From assembly GCA_963676835.2 (NCBI GenBank), contig CAXXFF010000002.1, forward strand, positions 1,664,001-1,728,000: a DNA stretch of 64,000 nt. The letters are read 5' to 3'. Shown here piece by piece: positions 58,407 through 64,000 of this stretch. Numbering within the stretch: the first letter of the stretch is position 1; every line of letters begins with the position of its first letter. A model generated the notes under the pieces. The model was not told the DNA's origin. It saw only the letters and a program-made list of their open reading frames with translations, and made no database searches. Origin of the DNA: Marispirochaeta sp. (GTDB taxonomy: Bacteria; Spirochaetota; Spirochaetia; JC444; Marispirochaetaceae). A program made the position numbers and the translations under genes.

Positions 58407-59390
58407 ATGAAAAAGATTATTAACCTTTCCATGGCCGTGCTTGCGGCTCTAATTTTCCTTGCCGGTTGTGCCGGCGGCGGTACTTCATCTTCCGGTTCCG
58501 GCAGTGGAATTTCTCTTTCCAACCCTGTAACAACAGCAGATTTTTCTTCTACCGATTATTCCGGTGGAGCTATCGCCCTGCCTGAGGATGCGGAAGACTC
58601 CCTCGAGCTTGCCGGATATCTGCTTGAACCGGTTGTGCTGAACAGCTTTACCTATCTTGCAGGGTTGTATGCTACCAGTACTCTGGATGACTGGTTGAAC
58701 GCAAACTTCGCTTTGACAACACCGACTGAAGATCTTGAAGCACTGTTTTCAGCTCTTATGAACAAACACGCATTTCCGAGCACGATTCTTGGTGTTGAAG
58801 CCAACGATGCTCCTTTCGGCACATTTGCTCAGCTTGGCGGAGAAGTCACCGGTACTATCGATACAGTTTTTTATGACGATGAAGAAACCAAGGCAGCCTC
58901 GGAAGTGTTTTCCCTGAGCCTGGATAATATTGATTACGATATTATTGCACCCCTTGCGTCAACCACCACCAGCGTTGAAGAGGGCCGATTGACCTTTTCT
59001 CTCAATCTCAACGCAACACTGGATTACACCTATGATGATTCGGGTGTTTTAACATCCGCTGATTGTGAGTACAGCATTTCTCTCCGGGGAATGCTTGCGT
59101 TAAGCGGCAGCTATAATCTTGACAATGATCTTAAGACAACCGGAGACCAGATGCAGGGACATGTTCTTGCTGATTTTGCCTTTGATGACAGCGACTCAAT
59201 TATCCTGACAGCTGCTATGCTGGTTGATCACTCTCTTATTGGAGCTGTTATCGGACCAGATAATTTCTCTTTCTCAATTCAGGCATACGGTGATCCTGCC
59301 GGTGATGCGGTTGTAGATGATAGCCTTTCACTTGAAGACCTGTTTTCCCTTATTGAAGATATGATTCCTACTGTACCGGCTGTTCCCTGA
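58407..59390 (+). CDS. Acidic lipoprotein of unknown function
   Basis: Lipobox FLAG-C, Gly/Ser tether and AAGGAG RBS. Confidence 0.75.
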   Translation: MKKIINLSMAVLAALIFLAGCAGGGTSSSGSGSGISLSNPVTTADFSSTDYSGGAIALPEDAEDSLELAGYLLEPVVLNSFTYLAGLYATSTLDDWLNANFALTTPTEDLEALFSALMNKHAFPSTILGVEANDAPFGTFAQLGGEVTGTIDTVFYDDEETKAASEVFSLSLDNIDYDIIAPLASTTTSVEEGRLTFSLNLNATLDYTYDDSGVLTSADCEYSISLRGMLALSGSYNLDNDLKTTGDQMQGHVLADFAFDDSDSIILTAAMLVDHSLIGAVIGPDNFSFSIQAYGDPAGDAVVDDSLSLEDLFSLIEDMIPTVPAVP

Positions 59391-59414
59391 TTATAACTGG
59401 TTTATAATTTCAGT

Positions 59415-60020
59415 TTATTCACCCTCCGGCTCAATCCGGGGGGTATTTTTTTGCTCTTTTTTCTGTCTGTCTTTGCTGTTGAACCCGAAAAGTGATCCGC
59501 AGATACCTCCCAGAATATGTGCGGTCTGGGATATCTCGTCGCTGCCGGTGATCATAATAAACTCTTTCAGCAGGTAGAGCACTACAATAAGAATAAAGGT
59601 TAAGGGAATGTCCCCGTTTCTGACATTGGTAAAGGATGCCAGGAGGATCATCATAAAGACGATTCCCGATGCTCCAAGAAGGGCGGTGTGAAAGAAGATG
59701 GTGTTTACTACTCCCGTTACCAGGGCGGTAAAAAAAATCATCCACAGAAGCCGCGGGGAGCCGTATTTCTCTTCAAGAATCGGCCCTATAAGCAGAATAA
59801 TGGCATAGTTGCTTAAGAGGTGCTCCCAGTTGGCATGGCCGATTACATGACTGACCAGCCGCACCCAGGCAAAGGGGTTTGAGAAGGAGAAGTAGCCCTG
59901 GGGCAGGGCGGTAAACAGCTTGAGCGTCAGATTGGCTCCGGTAGTACTGTCTATGAGCAGTACGGCTGCTGCAGCGAGGGTAAAGGTAAGGGTAACCGGG
60001 GCGTTGTAGCGGATGCGCAT
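59415..60020 (-). CDS. Rhomboid intramembrane serine protease
   Basis: HANWEHLLSN, GASG and AHILG motifs. Confidence 0.9.
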   Translation of the reverse strand: MRIRYNAPVTLTFTLAAAAVLLIDSTTGANLTLKLFTALPQGYFSFSNPFAWVRLVSHVIGHANWEHLLSNYAIILLIGPILEEKYGSPRLLWMIFFTALVTGVVNTIFFHTALLGASGIVFMMILLASFTNVRNGDIPLTFILIVVLYLLKEFIMITGSDEISQTAHILGGICGSLFGFNSKDRQKKEQKNTPRIEPEGE

Positions 60021-60141
60021 GGGTGTTTCTCCATATTCCAGCAGATTGCTTCGGACAGTGTAGCATGGAAAAAATTTTTGTTCAGCTGATGCATTTTCGG
60101 CAATAATTGCTTACATTTATTACGGAAGGAGGAGCGGCGTT

Positions 60142-60714
60142 GTGACCCCCACTAATCAGAAAGGTATCAATCTTCTGCAGAATGGCAAGTACACCGAAGC
60201 CATTGATGTGTTTCTGGAGGTACTCTACGACGATCCTCTCGACCAGGAAGCCATGCGCAATATCGGCATCGCATATACCGAAGCCGGCATGAATAATGAA
60301 TCCATCAAGGCCCTGAATTCCTACCTGAATATGTGGCCCGACGACGCGGAAGCCCTGGAAGGACTGGGCTGCGCCTACTACCGGCAGAAAGCTTTTTTCA
60401 AATCCCAGGAGATTTTCAGGAAATCCCTTGAAATCCACCCCGACAACTCCTCGGTCTACCGGAATCTCGGTCTGTCACAGCTTGCTCTGAACCAGAAGGA
60501 AGAGGGATATGAGAACCTGAAGAGGGCCCATATGCTCAACCTTTTTGACTACAAAACCGCCTATGCCTTTGCAGCGGCCTGTCAGAAAACAGGACGGACC
60601 GATGAAGCTATGGAAATACTTACCGAGCTGCTTCAGGATCACATACCCAAGGATCTTGAAGAGAGTGTGCGCAGAGAACTGGAAGCTTTAAGGAAGTCCT
60701 CCAGGTTACGTTAA
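60142..60714 (+). CDS. TPR protein
   Basis: Five TPR-like units; GTG start after GGAGGAG. Confidence 0.85.
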   Translation: MTPTNQKGINLLQNGKYTEAIDVFLEVLYDDPLDQEAMRNIGIAYTEAGMNNESIKALNSYLNMWPDDAEALEGLGCAYYRQKAFFKSQEIFRKSLEIHPDNSSVYRNLGLSQLALNQKEEGYENLKRAHMLNLFDYKTAYAFAAACQKTGRTDEAMEILTELLQDHIPKDLEESVRRELEALRKSSRLR

Positions 60715-60823
60715 CCTTTATCTCTTTCATTATTAAGCCGCCTTTGTCCTTGTGTTCACCTTTGAGTAGGCTGCAATGTCTTCGTTGACCATAGACCTCA
60801 GGCCCTGATACACTCATTTATAT

Positions 60824-62032
60824 ATGAATATGCGGCGCAAGATCTCGAATGCCTACTCCAGCAAAAGCAGCTCTAATAACGAAAAGGTTGAGAATACTCC
60901 TCAGGAGAATGAAAAAAAACCTGAGGTGCGTTCGATCAGCTGGCGGCAGTTTGAAAAACCGGCTGCGGCAAAGAAGCCTGCAGGCACCGGCTCTGCCAAA
61001 GCTGCCGATGTTCCTCCGGGTCTGCTGAAAACCGGTCGGGAGCCTTCGGATAATGAGGGTGTACAGAAGGCTGCCAAGTTTCTACTGCTTCTGGGGCAGG
61101 AAGAGGCTGCGGAAATTATGCGGCATCTCAACGAAGACGAGCTGTTTGAGATTTCTTCCGCCATGGCTGCAATTAAACAGGTTTCGAAAGGGGAAGCCGA
61201 AGGGATTCTCAAGGAGTTTGGCTTTCTCAAGGTTCCGCCCCATTCCTCTTCCGGCGGCGTGGATGTGGCCAAATCTTTTCTTACCACAGCCTTCGGTACG
61301 GAAAAAGCCGGGGCGGTACTGAAAAAGGTTCTGCCCTTCGGCGATGAAAAACCCTTTGCCTTTCTTGAGGATTATGAGGCCCATCAGATAAGTGCGCTCC
61401 TGAAAAAAGAGCCCTCCCGTGTGGTTGCCATTGTAATGCGCTTTCTTGACGCAAAAAAAGCTTCCGCTATTCTTCAGGCACTGCCTACCTCTCTTCGTGT
61501 GGATGTAATGAAAAGCCTCGGTCATATGGATCGCCTGGATACCAATGCTCTTGAGCGTATGCAGGATGTACTGAGGGAGAAAATCCGGTCACAGGGAAAA
61601 GTTGTAACCCAGGAAGTTGATGGAGCCTCTGCACTGGCAAACATTCTAAAACATATGTCCCTGGAACAGGAGGAGCGTCTTCTCGGTGTTATCGATGAAG
61701 CTAATCCTGAGCTTGGCAGGGAAATAAAGGAAAAAGTCTATACCCTGGATCTTATTCTCAATCTTGAAGACCGGGAGCTTCAGATGGTTCTGCGCACCCA
61801 TCCCGATGAAGATATAGCCCGGATGCTCAAGGGCCGGGATATGCGGGTAAAGGAAAAGATTATGCAGAACCTTTCCGAACGCCGGCGCCAGCTGATAGAG
61901 GAAGAAATCGGGTACATGGGGGCAATTCCCCGGCGTGAGGCCGATGAAGCTGCCAAGGAGTTTCTTGATTACCTGATTAAGCTTTCAGATCAGGGAGAGA
62001 TTCACTTTCTGGACAGGGAAGAACTGATTTAA
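60824..62032 (+). CDS. fliG: Flagellar motor switch FliG paralogue (FliG1-like)
   Basis: KAAKFLLLLG, GGVDVAK, PFAFL and NLSERRR motifs; 75-aa low-complexity N-terminus. A candidate promoter TTGACC-N18-TACACT lies at 60785-60814. Confidence 0.85.
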   Translation: MNMRRKISNAYSSKSSSNNEKVENTPQENEKKPEVRSISWRQFEKPAAAKKPAGTGSAKAADVPPGLLKTGREPSDNEGVQKAAKFLLLLGQEEAAEIMRHLNEDELFEISSAMAAIKQVSKGEAEGILKEFGFLKVPPHSSSGGVDVAKSFLTTAFGTEKAGAVLKKVLPFGDEKPFAFLEDYEAHQISALLKKEPSRVVAIVMRFLDAKKASAILQALPTSLRVDVMKSLGHMDRLDTNALERMQDVLREKIRSQGKVVTQEVDGASALANILKHMSLEQEERLLGVIDEANPELGREIKEKVYTLDLILNLEDRELQMVLRTHPDEDIARMLKGRDMRVKEKIMQNLSERRRQLIEEEIGYMGAIPRREADEAAKEFLDYLIKLSDQGEIHFLDREELI

Positions 62033-62061
62033 TTCACATTTTGTATGAAATTCAGGCAGCT

Positions 62062-62481
62062 CTATTTAAAGTCTGAAAAATGATACTCGATTCCGCCGTT
62101 TGCACGTATTTCCATACTGGCGTACCCTCGCTGGGCCATGCTTTCAAGAATTTTGGAAGCAGTGGTTATGGTGAGTTCAGTCTCAACTGCAGCTAAGGCA
62201 GGGGTAAGAACGCCGCCGTTTTCTTTTGCACATTTGAGAATAAGCCGTTCCTGTTCATCTCCGCTGAGGGGCTTAGGCTGAGTTTCTCTGCGTGGTTTAT
62301 CTATTCTCTGTGTAGGCCGGGAACTGATACGCCGGTCTATGCCCTTCATGATCGGCAGGATTCCCGCAAAAAAGAGAGGAATGGCAATAAAAGGGTTATG
62401 CAGCCAGATTGCGAGGAACCCGAAAAATGCGGTGAAGCCTATGCCGGTAAATATCTGACTGTTTCCTGAATGTCTACCCAT
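62062..62481 (-). CDS. Two-TM protein with C-terminal winged-helix-like domain
   Basis: TM pair, then ILKCAKENGGVLTPA...GGIEYHF. Confidence 0.75.
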   Translation of the reverse strand: MGRHSGNSQIFTGIGFTAFFGFLAIWLHNPFIAIPLFFAGILPIMKGIDRRISSRPTQRIDKPRRETQPKPLSGDEQERLILKCAKENGGVLTPALAAVETELTITTASKILESMAQRGYASMEIRANGGIEYHFSDFK

Positions 62482-62487
62482 GGGTGT

Positions 62488-62516
62488 ATAGTAGCCGAAG
62501 CCTGCCTGTCTTGCAA
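62488..62516 (-). promoter_or_regulatory. Sigma70 promoter, leaderless geometry
   Basis: TTGCAA-N17-TACTAT-N6-ATG. Confidence 0.65.
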
Positions 62517-62525
62517 TGATCCGTA

Positions 62526-62861
62526 TTAAAGATCGTCCCGGGGGGGAGAAAAAATATCCAGCAGTACAGAAGGCTCTTCAAAGGTTCTCGCACTATGTTC
62601 TACCCCGACCGGAGCATGATACCAGTCGCCGGGAAGAAGCTCCTGTACCTTTCCTCCGATGGTCATTCCCATTCTGCCGGAGACAAGATAGCCCATCTGT
62701 TCGTTTGCGCTGTGTGAATGAGGGGGAAACTCCTTATGGGCGGGAAAGTGATATTCCACCACCTGAAGGTTGTCCCCGGTGTAGATAAAGCGTTCTACAT
62801 CCCCTTCAACAATTTCTTTTTTCATTGTTCCGGAATTGAAAAAATTAAGAATCTCTTTCAT
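62526..62861 (-). CDS. Cupin-domain protein
   Basis: PHSHSANEQMGY and PVGVEHS motifs; ATG lies 6 nt after TATAGT. Confidence 0.85.
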   Translation of the reverse strand: MKEILNFFNSGTMKKEIVEGDVERFIYTGDNLQVVEYHFPAHKEFPPHSHSANEQMGYLVSGRMGMTIGGKVQELLPGDWYHAPVGVEHSARTFEEPSVLLDIFSPPRDDL

Positions 62862-62965
62862 GGTGAAACTATACAACAGCTTTCTCCGGAAGTCATCCGG
62901 GGCTTTTCGGCTTTTCTTGAGCCGGGAGAAAAAAAACAGTACTATATGAGGCAGGGAGTAGAAAA

Positions 62966-63499
62966 GTGTATTCAGTTGGTCTGGCGTATCTGTTATGGCT
63001 TATCTCCGGATTCGGCGCACTCGGCTTACACCGGTTTTATATGGGAAAAATCGGGACCGGAATTCTGTATGTTCTTACCGGCGGGCTTGGCGGGCTCGGT
63101 GGCCTCTACGATCTTATTACCCTGCCTATGCAGGTTCGGGAACGAAATCTGCAGCTTTCCTACGAGGCCGCCCTTAATCCCGGCAGGCGGCGTAATAGTA
63201 CAGGCAGCCGTTTCCGGGATGATTTTCGGGAAGAGGTTAACAAGGAGTTCGGCAGCAGAGGAAAGAAGGAGCCCCTTGAGCTGGTTATTCTTAAGACAGC
63301 CCGCCGTAACGGAGGAAGGGTTACCCCTGCGGTAATTTCCCTGGAGGCGGATGTTAGTCTTGATGCTGCGGGAAAGGCCCTGGATGCCCTTGTTGCCGGC
63401 GGTTTTGCCCAGCTGCGGACTACAAAAAGCGGCAGCCTGGTTTATCTTTTCACCGAGTTTGCCGACCATGAAGACGAGATTGATCTGGAGGATATTTAG
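62966..63499 (+). CDS. TM2-domain protein with C-terminal winged-helix-like domain
   Basis: AYLLW...GLHRFYMGKIGTGILY (TM2), then ILKTARRNGGRVTPA...LVYLF. Confidence 0.85.
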   Translation: MYSVGLAYLLWLISGFGALGLHRFYMGKIGTGILYVLTGGLGGLGGLYDLITLPMQVRERNLQLSYEAALNPGRRRNSTGSRFRDDFREEVNKEFGSRGKKEPLELVILKTARRNGGRVTPAVISLEADVSLDAAGKALDALVAGGFAQLRTTKSGSLVYLFTEFADHEDEIDLEDI

Positions 63500-63502
63500 A
63501 CT

Positions 63503-63712
63503 ATGAGTTCCGGCGGTTTTATTTCAGTACCCATAGGAGAAGCCCTGGTCAGGCAGGAAGAGCTGACCGTGGACCAGGTGGATCAGGTTCTCAAAATGCA
63601 GAAAGACGGAGACAAGCGGTTGTTCGGAGAGATTGCCATCGACCTCGGCTATATAGATCTGTTGACAGTTATCCGCTTTCTCGAGTCCGAAGACCGGGGT
63701 GATTACGAGTGA
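63503..63712 (+). CDS. Small stand-alone MshEN-like protein
   Basis: IGEALVRQEELTVDQVDQVLKMQ and RLFGEIAIDLGYID. Confidence 0.6.
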   Translation: MSSGGFISVPIGEALVRQEELTVDQVDQVLKMQKDGDKRLFGEIAIDLGYIDLLTVIRFLESEDRGDYE

Positions 63713-63724
63713 GTTGTCAAAATC

Positions 63725-63754
63725 TTGACAGCATGACTTTTTCGCCTGTACTAT
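63725..63754 (+). promoter_or_regulatory. Sigma70 promoter of alaS
   Basis: TTGACA-N18-TACTAT, 9 nt before the ATG. Confidence 0.65.
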
Positions 63755-63763
63755 TCAAGGCCT

Positions 63764-64000
63764 ATGACAGGCAACGAACTACGCAGCAAATATTTAGAGT
63801 TTTTCAAGCGCAATAACCACGCGGTTATCTCAGGCGCGAGTCTCATACCCGAAAATGATCCCACCGTTCTCTTTACCACGGCGGGAATGCACCCTCTTGT
63901 TCCCTACATTCTGGGCGAACCCCACCCGGCGGGCAACCGGCTGACGGATGTACAGAAGTGTATCCGTACCGGTGATATCGATGCTGTCGGCGACCCGAGT
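63764..64000 (+). CDS. alaS: Alanine-tRNA ligase (3' truncated; not in ORF track)
   Basis: [14 protein letters not shown]...[22 protein letters not shown]...[14 protein letters not shown]. Confidence 0.95.
   Translation, partial: MTGNELRSKYLEFFKRNNHAVISGASLIPENDPTVLFTTAGMHPLVPYILGEPHPAGNRLTDVQKCIRTGDIDAVGDPS

Overview
A 64 kb piece of a spirochaete chromosome (inferred from the SpiroCoCo-type coiled-coil gene, an orphan FliG, and the rpsT-HU-lnt-rho-rpmE-galK-surE-TPR/NHL gene order; most like a free-living Spirochaetaceae). Most of it is housekeeping: grpE-dnaK-dnaJ, rlmB, lepB, purF-M-N-D-E, dusB, tatD, prfC, rlmI, rel, prmC, prfA and the start of alaS. Two TonB-type systems stand out. (1) At 43.2-49.4 kb, a cobalamin-riboswitch-controlled operon encodes an unrecognised tandem-domain lipoprotein, a second surface lipoprotein resembling those of Bacteroidota B12 loci, a BtuB-like receptor, a beta-propeller lipoprotein and a dedicated TonB. 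This is the best candidate for an undescribed system. (2) At 0-6.4 kb, a giant TPR protein, a plug-less beta-barrel and ExbB/ExbD/TonB form a coupled cluster. Features missing from the ORF track: two small ORFs (a basic 56-aa Zn-ribbon protein before rpsT, and a 53-aa ORF behind a sigma28-like promoter), a 156-bp MITE-like element, a Flavo-1-like structured element, and several promoters placed so as to imply leaderless mRNAs. No rRNA, tRNA, CRISPR array or transposase was recognised. All calls come from reading motifs by eye; no database search was run.
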